A stretch of DNA of 64,000 nt from a virus (lineage: Duplodnaviria > Heunggongvirae > Uroviricota > Caudoviricetes), in IMG/VR virus record IMGVR_UViG_3300043418_000226, one strand, 5' to 3'. The position numbers were made by a program, and so were the translations under genes. Shown piece after piece: positions 44,373 to 53,814 of this stretch. The notes below the pieces were generated by a model. It was given only the letters and a program-made list of their open reading frames with translations. It was not told the origin of the DNA and searched no databases. Each line of letters begins with the position of its first letter. Positions within the stretch are counted from its first letter, which is position 1.

Positions 44373-46276
44373 TGAAAAAATTAGTCACAATATTATTATT
44401 GTTAATATCATCAATAACCTACTCCCAAACGGGGGTGGGTTATTTGAATTATACAGTTTACGATATTAGAAATAATCAAGTAGGTGCATACGCTAATTCA
44501 TCTACCGATTTTGTAACTATGTTTGATATAACTAAAGGTGCTAGTGTATATGCAAGTGGGGTTACCACGCCACAAAAGGCATTATATTTTAGTAATGGTT
44601 GGCAACCATCTGGTGTTCCTAATGGAGGTGCGTATACGGGTATTAAAGTGACGGGATATTTCGTGGCGAAAGAAACGGGGATATACACATTTGCAATTGA
44701 TGGGGATGACGGAGTAGATTTTTCTATGGACGGAGTTGTAGTTACATCTTACTACGGTGCTCATGGGTTTGGGGGATATCGTTATGGGACTATATCATTA
44801 GTTGCCGGTAAAACATATTCATTTATGGCCAGATATGAAAACTGGGGAGGCGGATGGGGTCTATATTTACAATGGAAACGACCATCTCAATCAACATATT
44901 CAATCCAATCAGATGAATGTTATTCAACTATACCCGCAGACCCAATTAAAAAAGTTAGTACAAATTTTAATTTTAATAATTTAGACGCTACAAAATTTTC
45001 AATCGGTTCAACTTCGTTGGATGTTAACGGTTTAATTGATATAACATCGAGTTTAGATATTAATAAAATTAACACGGGAAATAAGGCTAATACAACCGGA
45101 GGGCAGGTGGAATGGTGTGTAATTTACCAATATGATTTGACAAATCACAGATATAGAGTTGGTATTGATAGTAGACAAATGACGGTTACCGCAAATACTG
45201 TTAATAAATTAAAATTATTTGATTTATGGGATGGAGACGTGGAGTTTATCTCATATAATCCAAATGGTTGGAGTGAATATTACATTAATACGAATACGGA
45301 GTTTAATTTTACTAATTCAATCTTCTCATCATATATTAGGGACGGGGGAAATTACCACGCTTTAAGGGCAGATTTTTCATATACGACAACGACCGCGTTT
45401 AAAACACAATCAATAACGTTAAATACAACTAATAACCTGTCGACTTTATATAACAGTATAGTAACCGTATCTGACGTATATTTGGCATTTAAAGAATTAT
45501 CAAATGGCGGTTTATTTGGAAATCAAAGTGGTAATGAATTTACATATGGTATCCAATATAAAAACGCAGATATTGACGATAACGGTATATTTGATGAAAA
45601 TGATACATATCGTCTATTACAATATTTAACAGGAACAAAAAACATTGTCGATTCTTTTACATTATCAAATACGGTACGATTAATACCAACCGACAAATAC
45701 AATACAATAGGGAAATCTAATTGGAGTACAATTACTACCCCATTGAATAACGTATATTCATTTGATATAAACACCGGAAAAACAAATGATTTATTAAGTG
45801 TTGCAACCTCCTGGAAAGGTGATGTTAATTTATCACACTCAACATCACCCATTTCAAATGGTACAACAACTATGAGTCTTAAAACAATGAATATTACAGT
45901 TTCAAATGAAGTAAATGCAACTGTAATGACTGAAATTAATAACGGTAAAGTATTTTGTTATATAAATTTTAACCCACTACAACAACAGATAGTTGGGACC
46001 CAATTTAAGGTGGATTATGATAATACCATTTTAAAATTTGTTGGTGTTGAATTTAAAACAAAGGGTTCCCCATTAAACTATGGGACTAATAAAGATACCT
46101 ACATAAATTTAGGTTCATTAATCACAGACGGAAGTACAACATTGGATAATACAACTGAATATAAACTAACATTCGTACCGATAAGTGAAATAACAAACAC
46201 ATTAGGGTTAATATCAATCTCATCTACAGATGCGGTAAATAAAAGTGGTAACCAACTTAAATTAACGATTAAATAA
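44372..46276 (+). CDS. secreted PA14-domain protein
   Basis: signal peptide; YTGIKVTGYFVAKETGIYTFAIDGDDGVDFSMDG...LVAGKTYSF..YENWGGGWGLYLQWKRP matches the PA14 consensus. Confidence 0.75.
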   Translation: MKKLVTILLLLISSITYSQTGVGYLNYTVYDIRNNQVGAYANSSTDFVTMFDITKGASVYASGVTTPQKALYFSNGWQPSGVPNGGAYTGIKVTGYFVAKETGIYTFAIDGDDGVDFSMDGVVVTSYYGAHGFGGYRYGTISLVAGKTYSFMARYENWGGGWGLYLQWKRPSQSTYSIQSDECYSTIPADPIKKVSTNFNFNNLDATKFSIGSTSLDVNGLIDITSSLDINKINTGNKANTTGGQVEWCVIYQYDLTNHRYRVGIDSRQMTVTANTVNKLKLFDLWDGDVEFISYNPNGWSEYYINTNTEFNFTNSIFSSYIRDGGNYHALRADFSYTTTTAFKTQSITLNTTNNLSTLYNSIVTVSDVYLAFKELSNGGLFGNQSGNEFTYGIQYKNADIDDNGIFDENDTYRLLQYLTGTKNIVDSFTLSNTVRLIPTDKYNTIGKSNWSTITTPLNNVYSFDINTGKTNDLLSVATSWKGDVNLSHSTSPISNGTTTMSLKTMNITVSNEVNATVMTEINNGKVFCYINFNPLQQQIVGTQFKVDYDNTILKFVGVEFKTKGSPLNYGTNKDTYINLGSLITDGSTTLDNTTEYKLTFVPISEITNTLGLISISSTDAVNKSGNQLKLTIK

Positions 46277-46629
46277 TGAAAAAAATAACGCTTTTATTAT
46301 TTGTTTTAATGTCATGTTCTAAACCTGAATTAGAAGATGAAATACGACCAATTGTAACTACCAACACTAACATTTTTGAAATAAAAGAAAATACTGTGTC
46401 AGATGGTCAAGATATTACATTTACATTAACTAAAGAGGGGGTTTATACTATAACAATGAAAGACAGTTTACTAAATCAAGTTATCACTCGAGAGAAATTT
46501 TCAGGTAAAATCGGATTAAATAAATTGAAAATATATACAAAATCCATACAGTCCAAGTATTTATATTTAACCTTGGTTGATGATGGGAATAATCAAATTG
46601 GTAAAACCATAATAAACCTAAACAAATAA
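46276..46629 (+). CDS. small lipoprotein
   Basis: MKKITLLLFVLMSC lipobox; paralogue of the next gene. Confidence 0.6.
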   Translation: MKKITLLLFVLMSCSKPELEDEIRPIVTTNTNIFEIKENTVSDGQDITFTLTKEGVYTITMKDSLLNQVITREKFSGKIGLNKLKIYTKSIQSKYLYLTLVDDGNNQIGKTIINLNK

Positions 46630-46636
46630 TAAAAAA

Positions 46637-47014
46637 ATGAAAAAAATACTCTCTCTCGTATTAATCATGACAACCCTATGGGGATGTTCTAAAGATGATA
46701 TTTTACCCGAACCTCAACCGGTTTCGGTAAGTCCTGAATTAACTATAAAAAATTCAGTAGGAATAAAATTACAAACCTCGTTTGTTACGTCGGACGTATC
46801 TATGAACGTTAAAACTGAATTCGAGGGACCAGTTACGATTAAAATTTTTGACATTTCAAACAAAGTAGTTTCTAAGGAAGAATTGTCGGTAAAATCGGGT
46901 GATAACATACTTAAAGTATATACCTCAGTATTGCCACCATCCGCATATAGAATTGGTTTATATGGTGCAAATGGTCAAATATTGGGAATAACAGATTTCA
47001 ATAAAATAAACTAA
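46637..47014 (+). CDS. small lipoprotein with T9SS-CTD-like beta-sandwich tail
   Basis: LWGC lipobox; PVTIKIFDISNKVV..LPPSAYRIGLYGANGQILG resembles a Por-secretion C-terminal domain. Confidence 0.6.
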   Translation: MKKILSLVLIMTTLWGCSKDDILPEPQPVSVSPELTIKNSVGIKLQTSFVTSDVSMNVKTEFEGPVTIKIFDISNKVVSKEELSVKSGDNILKVYTSVLPPSAYRIGLYGANGQILGITDFNKIN

Positions 47015-47034
47015 AAAAATTAAATACAAAAACA

Positions 47035-47358
47035 ATGGCAGAAGAACAAGAAGGAACAATGAGTGGGTTGAAAAAAACCATAATCGGTACGTTAGGTACT
47101 GTCGTAACCGCAGGTGGTGTATGGGCAGCGAGTTTATTAGGTGGTGGAGACAAAGAAGCTGCACCTGTACAACAAGCCGCACCCGTAATTAACATTACTA
47201 ACTCGAATCAACAAGCACAACAACAATCACCAGGTAAAACTGTAATAATCGAAAGAGGTGGTAACAGTTCATCTGAGGCTAAACATTCTGAACCGGCAAA
47301 ACCCGTTGTTAAGAAAAAAGAAGCTGACGAATTCAAAGAGAAACCGGCTCAGTGGTAA
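47035..47358 (+). CDS. hypothetical membrane-anchored low-complexity protein
   Basis: TM segment followed by a QQAQQQ / KKKE low-complexity region. Confidence 0.5.
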   Translation: MAEEQEGTMSGLKKTIIGTLGTVVTAGGVWAASLLGGGDKEAAPVQQAAPVINITNSNQQAQQQSPGKTVIIERGGNSSSEAKHSEPAKPVVKKKEADEFKEKPAQW

Positions 47359-47388
47359 TAAATTATAGTATAAAAAATTAAAACAAAA

Positions 47389-48018
47389 ATGGCAAAAGAA
47401 GAACAACCTAGTGGGTTTAAAGATTTATTAAACTCGATGATGAAACGTAGATGGTATATATCTGCAATGGTGTTAGGTGGGTTTATGATAATTATCGGGG
47501 GTATTTTCGGCGCAATTACCACTAATACCGCAGCATCGGCAGAATGGAAAGAACTTCTATTATTAATGTTAGGTGCATTTATTGGTTCTTATGGTAAAAT
47601 CATTGACTATTGGTTTAGTGATACCGATAAAGATAAGATGTTAGTTCAAAAAATGGACGAAGAAGATGGTATTTCATTAAGTAATACTGCTGATGGTCCA
47701 AATACACCAACTGTACCTATGTCAATCGAACCTTTAGTTTTATCAACAAATGAGGTTGTAAATGAGGTTGTAAATGAGGTTGTAAATGAGGTTGTAAATG
47801 AGGTTGTAAAAGCTAAAAAAGTGGGTGTTGAAATTGACGAAGATGGTGACGGTGTTATGGACGGATTAGATTTTGATGGTGACGGTGTTATTGATGAATA
47901 CTTTACTCATAGACAATGTGAACACGTTTGGGGTGACTTGGATGGTGACGGTGAAGAAGAATGTTTAAAATGTGGTAAAATCAAAGATGAGGCCGCAGAA
48001 ATAAACATGGAAGGTTAA
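47389..48018 (+). CDS. membrane protein with (NEVV)5 repeat and Asp-rich Ca-binding-like DxDGDG motifs
   Basis: two TM helices; tandem 12-bp repeat 47749-47808; EIDEDGDGVMDGLDFDGDGVIDEY; paired CxxC cysteines. Confidence 0.6.
   Translation: MAKEEQPSGFKDLLNSMMKRRWYISAMVLGGFMIIIGGIFGAITTNTAASAEWKELLLLMLGAFIGSYGKIIDYWFSDTDKDKMLVQKMDEEDGISLSNTADGPNTPTVPMSIEPLVLSTNEVVNEVVNEVVNEVVNEVVKAKKVGVEIDEDGDGVMDGLDFDGDGVIDEYFTHRQCEHVWGDLDGDGEEECLKCGKIKDEAAEINMEG
47749..47808 (+). repeat. tandem repeat, 5 x 12 bp (AATGAGGTTGTA)
   Basis: perfect copies, in-frame within the CDS. Confidence 0.9.
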
Positions 48019-48045
48019 ATAAATTAAAAGTTAAAAAGATAAATT

Positions 48046-48294
48046 ATGACATTTAAAGAATGGGTCATTGAAATTTTCAAAGACGAAAGAGGTTCAATTT
48101 CGGTTAAACCGGTAATTGCATTTATGGGAGCATTATTCTTATGTGTAACAATGATATTAAATTCATTTTCACATGCGGAATTTGCACCGTCACCTGAATT
48201 GGTAAATGCGGTGATGATTATCACAGGTATTGGTATGGGTGCTGACACCATAGACAAATTCTCTCACAAAAAGACAGAAGAGATGGAAGGTTAA
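48046..48294 (+). CDS. small two-TM membrane protein (holin-like)
   Basis: 82 aa, two hydrophobic helices, charged C-terminus. Confidence 0.4.
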   Translation: MTFKEWVIEIFKDERGSISVKPVIAFMGALFLCVTMILNSFSHAEFAPSPELVNAVMIITGIGMGADTIDKFSHKKTEEMEG

Positions 48295-48354
48295 CCTTTT
48301 AAAGGGAGGACTCTCTCTTCCCTTTTTATAAACGGTACATTAAAAAAAAAATAT

Positions 48355-48591
48355 ATGACAATAAATTTTAAAAAAATCGGTAACGTACTTGCAATGGGAT
48401 ATGTATATTTCGTATTCCTTTTTGTAATATCAGCATTAGGATTTCAATTATTCTTTATCTATCTCACTTTTTCCGGTCAAGATGAAAAAGCAAGTAGAAT
48501 ATCAAATCAAATTATGTGGAAAATTGATGGTACGTTTAAGAATAATCCCGATAATATATGGTACGAGGGGCCATTAGAAAGTAAAAAATGA
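48355..48591 (+). CDS. small membrane protein
   Basis: 78 aa with TM segment; TGA stop overlaps the next start. Confidence 0.4.
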   Translation: MTINFKKIGNVLAMGYVYFVFLFVISALGFQLFFIYLTFSGQDEKASRISNQIMWKIDGTFKNNPDNIWYEGPLESKK

Positions 48592-48794
48592 AAAATTGGT
48601 TTTTTAAGTACGAACAAGTAATTTTGTTCTACTCGGTGGTAATCTATATGGTTACTTTTACGTTTGTTTTTGATGAACAATTACGTAAAACTGAATGGAT
48701 GAGTTTAATTTGGGTTGCACAATTCTTTGGATTCGCAACATTAATTGGTCTTAGAGGTATTAAAAAGGGTTGGAAATGGCCTAAAAGGTATTAA
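48588..48794 (+). CDS. small membrane protein
   Basis: 68 aa, two hydrophobic segments. Confidence 0.4.
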   Translation: MKNWFFKYEQVILFYSVVIYMVTFTFVFDEQLRKTEWMSLIWVAQFFGFATLIGLRGIKKGWKWPKRY

Positions 48795-48804
48795 AATAAA
48801 AAAA

Positions 48805-49527
48805 ATGAAAAGAATATTACTACTATTAGGTATTGGTTTATTAATCGGTACAACAAGTAATGCACAAACAATAGGTAAAACTAAAACTGAAGATTTTAAA
48901 GCATCTTTCGAAACTAAAATCGATATTTCACAATTTATGGATTATGATGGGAAACAAATCCCAATTCAAATTCTAAAAGCAGGAATATCAGATGAGGTTT
49001 ACGAAATGTATCCTGAATTAAAAGAAAAAAGGGTAGGTTTAGGTGTTGCTAATATAACGATGGAATATTTGGAAAATTTAAATCGTTTTATTTTTACCGA
49101 AGACAAGACCGAATTAAAAAATCGAATGGTTAAACAATTCCAGGCGTCTCAAGCTGGAATATCTGAAGATAAATTAGATGGTCGTGGTAAAATCAGATTG
49201 GCACATTATTTTGTGACCGTTGAATGTTATGACTATTCTATATCGGAAGATGAAACTATTAATTTAAAAGACGGTATAAAAGATAATATGGTAACACGTA
49301 TCGGACTACAAGTTAGGTTTACTGACGCAGAAACAGGTGTTGTTTTTGGGGCATCTGGTTTAGGTGAGGCCAGAACTAATAGAGAGTTAACGTTGTTAAG
49401 TGACGCAACTATCGACCCGATAAAATTTAATCAATCAACTATAAGTATTTCAACCAAAAAAGCGTTAGATATTGCGTGTGCCAGAATTTTAGATAGAATG
49501 ATTAAAAAAGGAATTTTTACAAAATAA
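48805..49527 (+). CDS. secreted hypothetical protein
   Basis: signal peptide MKRILLLLGIGLLIGTTSNAQ; start moved to 48805. Confidence 0.6.
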   Translation: MKRILLLLGIGLLIGTTSNAQTIGKTKTEDFKASFETKIDISQFMDYDGKQIPIQILKAGISDEVYEMYPELKEKRVGLGVANITMEYLENLNRFIFTEDKTELKNRMVKQFQASQAGISEDKLDGRGKIRLAHYFVTVECYDYSISEDETINLKDGIKDNMVTRIGLQVRFTDAETGVVFGASGLGEARTNRELTLLSDATIDPIKFNQSTISISTKKALDIACARILDRMIKKGIFTK

Positions 49528-49531
49528 AATT

Positions 49532-49771
49532 ATGATTAAAATTATAGGTTCAGTACAATCATTTCATAATAATGAAAATCCTGAAGATTTTTTTCGTTGT
49601 GACGGGTCAATATTATTAATTAATGAGTATCCATTTTTATTTTCCTCAATTGGGACGACATTTGGTGGAGACGGCGAAACAACGTTTCAGATTCCAAATA
49701 ACTTGGAACAGGAAATACCTGACGTTGAATATTGGATATGTTATAATGGAGATTCTCCGAGAAATGGGTAG
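49532..49771 (+). CDS. phage tail-collar-domain protein
   Basis: FRCDGSILLINEYPFLFSSIGTTFGGDGETTFQIPN matches the Phage_Tail_Collar consensus (CDG..L....Y..LF..IGttyGGdG.ttF.lPdl); TAG stop. Confidence 0.65.
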   Translation: MIKIIGSVQSFHNNENPEDFFRCDGSILLINEYPFLFSSIGTTFGGDGETTFQIPNNLEQEIPDVEYWICYNGDSPRNG

Positions 49772-49964
49772 GGATAAATTTATATTTTTAGGTATATTAT
49801 TTATTGTTGTAGGTTGTTCACCCATTCAAAAAGGACTGTCCAATAATCAACAAATTGAAGGTATAAATATCCCTATTTGGTCACCTAACATGGGGATGAT
49901 TATGGAATCAAAAATATATTACATTAAAAATAAAAAATATAAGAAAATAAAAACCCATAAATGA
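49764..49964 (+). CDS. small putative lipoprotein
   Basis: MGRDKFIFLGILFIVVGCS lipobox-like; internal start within tracked ORF 49623..49964. Confidence 0.35.
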   Translation: MGRDKFIFLGILFIVVGCSPIQKGLSNNQQIEGINIPIWSPNMGMIMESKIYYIKNKKYKKIKTHK

Positions 49965-51352
49965 AAAAAAATATATTTTTTCTCTTAATTATTTTTTCAT
50001 TTATGTTTACACAAAAAGTAAACGCACAAACTTTTACACAAACATTCATTGATAAGTGTACCGGTGAAGTAAAGACCGCCATTACCACGTATGTAAATGG
50101 TAACGCTGTCGTTTCATTCTATAATCAAACAAAAACATTTACACCTTTGGAGGTTCAAACAGGTGTTTTACAATCTTGGTTACAAACAACCTATTTAACA
50201 TATTCAACAATGGGATGTCCAACTACAAATACAGTTGTGCAACAGACAATTACAACTCAAGTTGCACAAGCAGTTGCAGCATCCGCGTCTCAAGCTGCCA
50301 GCACCGCTGCCAGCACCGCAGCAAGTGCTGCTGCAAGTGCTGCAAGTAATTCAGCATCTTCCGCCGCTAGTAACTCAGCTTCGTCAGCGGCAAGTAGTTC
50401 CGCATCTTCCGCCGCCAGTAGCTCGTCATCGGCAGCAAGTAGTTCAACACCCCCACCTTCGAACAGTTCGTCATCTTCAAATAACTCATCAACATCCACT
50501 GAAAATAAATCAAGTGGAGGTTCGTCATCTTCGGAATCTAAAAGTGAAAGTAAATCTGAATCTAAAAGTGAAAGTAAATCTGAATCTAAAAGTGAAGATA
50601 AAAAGGAAGAACAAAAATCCGAAGAGAAAAAATCCGAAGAAAAGAAAGAAGAAAAGAAAGAAGAAAAGAAAGAAGAAAAGAAAAAACAACAAAATCTAAA
50701 TCCAATGTTGCTGGCTTCGGATTTAACCACTGCACAGTCGGCTGACGGTAGATATTCCATGGCATTAACTATGGGTATTTCTAAATCATCTTTAATGGGT
50801 GATAAATCATTTAGTTTAAATGGAATGATTTACTCTACAATGGATCAATTTGCAATATCTTCAAGTGCAACTGTTATGGATTTAAATGATAAGGGACAAT
50901 TAAGTTCAATAAACAGTTATTCATTTACCGCTGCGTATTTAAAAGGAACATGGATGGGATTAATGGGATATACTTGGATTAAACCTCACCCAAAATTAGG
51001 TACATTTGGATATAACATAGGTGCCATTACATTATTAACGGAAGGTACTACACAATCGTACGACCTAAGTGTATCAACATCAACAGTTGTATTTTGGACA
51101 AAACCGTTTCAATACAGTAAAAAATTATCAATATCTCCCCAAATATTTACTATGTATTCACCAATAGCCTTTAACACTTTTACGGGTGTAACCACTGTAG
51201 GTAGAGATTTTGGATTTTTAGTTGGTACTTCTATTGATTATAAAATAACTAAAAGATTTGGGTTCTCGTTTAATTATAAACTCAACATGAACACTCAACC
51301 CGGTTCACCGTTCCTTAGTAATTTCTTAGTTGGATCGAGAGTTATGCTTTAA
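49961..51352 (+). CDS. secreted low-complexity protein (Ala/Ser-rich and SESK/EEKK repeats) with beta-rich C-terminal domain
   Basis: signal peptide MKKNIFFLLIIFSFMFTQKVNAQ; repeats 50536-50694. Confidence 0.65.
   Translation: MKKNIFFLLIIFSFMFTQKVNAQTFTQTFIDKCTGEVKTAITTYVNGNAVVSFYNQTKTFTPLEVQTGVLQSWLQTTYLTYSTMGCPTTNTVVQQTITTQVAQAVAASASQAASTAASTAASAAASAASNSASSAASNSASSAASSSASSAASSSSSAASSSTPPPSNSSSSSNNSSTSTENKSSGGSSSSESKSESKSESKSESKSESKSEDKKEEQKSEEKKSEEKKEEKKEEKKEEKKKQQNLNPMLLASDLTTAQSADGRYSMALTMGISKSSLMGDKSFSLNGMIYSTMDQFAISSSATVMDLNDKGQLSSINSYSFTAAYLKGTWMGLMGYTWIKPHPKLGTFGYNIGAITLLTEGTTQSYDLSVSTSTVVFWTKPFQYSKKLSISPQIFTMYSPIAFNTFTGVTTVGRDFGFLVGTSIDYKITKRFGFSFNYKLNMNTQPGSPFLSNFLVGSRVML
50536..50694 (+). 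repeat. coding tandem repeats (24-bp unit TCTAAAAGTGAAAGTAAATCTGAA about 2.7 copies, then GAAGAAAAGAAA about 4 copies)
   Basis: direct repeats visible in the sequence. Confidence 0.8.
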
Positions 51353-51701
51353 TAAATTCTCGGTCGATACATAATGGTTTAATATGTTGCCTTACATTTT
51401 TTCTAAAAGAAGGTGTAATTGAAAACTTTGAAATTGTAAAACCAAAAGTTGAACATAATAATAGAATACCTATAAATAAATTTACCATAATAATTGTGTT
51501 TTTTTTATATAACTATTAAAATAATACAATAAAAATGTTGAATTACCAAGAAAAATTGGATTTTATTAATAAGTTGACAAAGGTTCTTTATATAATACAA
51601 TTTTTATATATTAAATAAAAAATCCTCGAAGTAGAAACCCCGAGGATATGACAAAAAATGATAAATGTATCTCTCTCCTGATACAAATAAAACATACAAA
51701 A

Positions 51702-52070
51702 TTATTTTTTAATAGTCAACGATTCAAATAAAATTTTTATTTCTGAACATTTTTCATAATCTTCAATACTTTCGAAAAATGGTAAAATGTCTCTTGTTAA
51801 TACAATAGTATCCGTTTTACTAAACTTAAATTCAGTGTCCCATTCCAATCCGCGTATAATCGCCTGAATGTATAAACTTAGAACTCTTTTTTTATTATTT
51901 TCAAAACCTTTAAAAACCTCAATAATATTTTCATAAATTGATTTTTTATTAATATCATAAAAATCGGTAAAGTCTTCGTACTTACCTTTTATGTACATGG
52001 TTTTAAATGGTGTTCTGGTTTTACTGTCGTAGGCCATTGATTTTTTAGTTGTTATACTTTTATTTTCCAC
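51702..52070 (-). CDS. hypothetical protein
   Basis: 122-aa ORF. Confidence 0.5.
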   Translation of the reverse strand: MENKSITTKKSMAYDSKTRTPFKTMYIKGKYEDFTDFYDINKKSIYENIIEVFKGFENNKKRVLSLYIQAIIRGLEWDTEFKFSKTDTIVLTRDILPFFESIEDYEKCSEIKILFESLTIKK

Positions 52071-52533
52071 TTCTATCCCATTTAGCTTTACGTAATTCAG
52101 GTGACATATGAAACTTTTCTTCTATTATATGAGGAATGGTGACTCTTATACAATTTTGAGGTAATCGACAATTCATTAAATAATTATTGATATAACCCAT
52201 CATATTTGAACTACCAATCGGATTTGCGGAGTGTACCAACACTTCGGGCAAAGGTATATTAGTGTCTAAACTTAAGTTAACCATAAATTTACAACAGTCC
52301 ATTCCTGTTTTTTCTTCGATGTTTTTGTAATCTAACAAATAATTGTTTTTAACGTTAGTGTAATATTCGTACATTGCTTGGTCACCTAAATCATGGTCTA
52401 AAGATATTAAATCAATACCATCTAATCCATATTCATTTATTGCGTCAACGAACTCTTCATAATTTCTCACTACTGTCCAACCTTCTTCAGTTGGAGTTCT
52501 AACGTCATCAAGGTATAATTTTATTTTACTCAT
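52060..52533 (-). CDS. hypothetical protein adjacent to RNA ligase
   Basis: 157-aa ORF overlapping neighbours. Confidence 0.55.
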   Translation of the reverse strand: MSKIKLYLDDVRTPTEEGWTVVRNYEEFVDAINEYGLDGIDLISLDHDLGDQAMYEYYTNVKNNYLLDYKNIEEKTGMDCCKFMVNLSLDTNIPLPEVLVHSANPIGSSNMMGYINNYLMNCRLPQNCIRVTIPHIIEEKFHMSPELRKAKWDRSGK

Positions 52534-53566
52534 CTTTTTTAAATGGTTTTGAATATGTTGGGTAAATTGAATTCCAAATCATCTCATTTAATTGATTTGA
52601 ATAAGAATCTAACCTTTTAAATAAAAATGATTTATTTGGATTATTTTTTATTTTCTCCGCAAATTCTTTTTTATTTATTAATTCTTTAAATTCCTCTTCT
52701 ACCTCGATTTTAATTAAATCAAATTTATCTTGTAAATTAGAAACGGTATTTTTTACCCAATCATAAAATTCATCCGGTACCTTATCTAATATATCATCTA
52801 ACGGTTTACCATCTTTCAAATATTCCCAAATATCTCTATTTGATATATTAGTTAAAATGTGATGAAGTCGACAATATTCGTCGCCTTTAATCTTCATTCT
52901 AAAACCATTTTTAAATCTAATTACAAATCCCTCTTTACTATCACTAATGTCTTTTTTAATGACCGTAAAATCAGTTATCCCGTCGTATTTCTTAACCAAT
53001 TCAAATCCAAGTTCTTCATACGATTCATTGTGGATATTATATTCGTAACCTTCAGTAACATCTGAAGTTGAATTCGTTTGAATTGAACCCAGTAAAACTA
53101 ATTTTTCATCATCGCCATAGTTAACCACGATTCTATTTTGAGGGTAAATTATTTCAAATAGATATGTACAATCACTCGGTAGATATTTGTATTTGTATTT
53201 TTTTAATATCTCAGTTGCCTTAATTGATTGTTCAGAAATGAATGAACCTCTAGTTGCCATTATCCATTCGTCTTTGTAGTTGAATAGGATACCTAAAGAA
53301 CCATCCATTTTTTCATAGACATCAAATGTTTCGTTAGGTATGTTAATGTCCTCATGTTCCTCGTAATTGAAAAATTTACCGAATGGTCTGGCAATAACTT
53401 TTCCTTCCGAATTTGTAACAAGTCCGCGACATTGCAAAGTAATTTCATCCCAAAGTTTTTCATATTGTACCTTTGGTGAATAATTCCAAATGGTTAAATC
53501 TAAAGTTGGGTGAACTTGTTTATGTAATAAACCTTCGTTATAATATTTTTCTAATGTTTCTAACAC
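52526..53566 (-). CDS. ATP-dependent RNA ligase (Rnl2-like nucleotidyltransferase)
   Basis: motif I YEKMDGSLG (KxDG) about 95 aa from the N-terminus; size and layout as in Rnl2/DraRnl; tracked start is GTG. Confidence 0.65.
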   Translation of the reverse strand: MLETLEKYYNEGLLHKQVHPTLDLTIWNYSPKVQYEKLWDEITLQCRGLVTNSEGKVIARPFGKFFNYEEHEDINIPNETFDVYEKMDGSLGILFNYKDEWIMATRGSFISEQSIKATEILKKYKYKYLPSDCTYLFEIIYPQNRIVVNYGDDEKLVLLGSIQTNSTSDVTEGYEYNIHNESYEELGFELVKKYDGITDFTVIKKDISDSKEGFVIRFKNGFRMKIKGDEYCRLHHILTNISNRDIWEYLKDGKPLDDILDKVPDEFYDWVKNTVSNLQDKFDLIKIEVEEEFKELINKKEFAEKIKNNPNKSFLFKRLDSYSNQLNEMIWNSIYPTYSKPFKKDE

Positions 53567-53814
53567 TTATATTTTTTTATAAATTCCCACAGTATAAAGC
53601 CACCTGCCCCACTGTAATGACAAATATAAACCATTTAAACCTTTTTTCCAAATTTTTCTATGAAATGATGGTGAATTTGTTTCAAAATATAAATGGACAC
53701 TCGGTATAACATGAAATGCCCATGTTTCCGTAAATAAGTGAGAATATAGTTTCATCTTTAAAAAAGATTTGGTATTTGAAGTAATATTAATGTATGACTT
53801 AATAAATCGACTCA

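Noticed and set aside
44476-47195. Short ORFs 44476..44688 (-), 44582..44764 (-), 44802..44984 (+), 45523..45852 (-), 46714..46908 (-), 46958..47182 (-) and 46998..47195 (-)
   Set aside because: All nested within or antisense to the long secreted-protein genes.
48024-48257. 77-aa minus ORF
   Set aside because: Antisense to the holin-like ORF.
47749-50694. Possible CRISPR array from short direct repeats
   Set aside because: The repeats are 12-24 bp, contiguous without spacers, in frame and translate to peptide repeats. There are no cas genes. They are not CRISPR.
50235-50760. ORFs 50235..50699 (+) and 50290..50760 (-)
   Set aside because: Alternative-frame and antisense translations of the Ala/Ser and EEKK low-complexity repeats in 49961..51352. 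They yield poly-Arg/Lys or poly-Leu/Ala artefacts.
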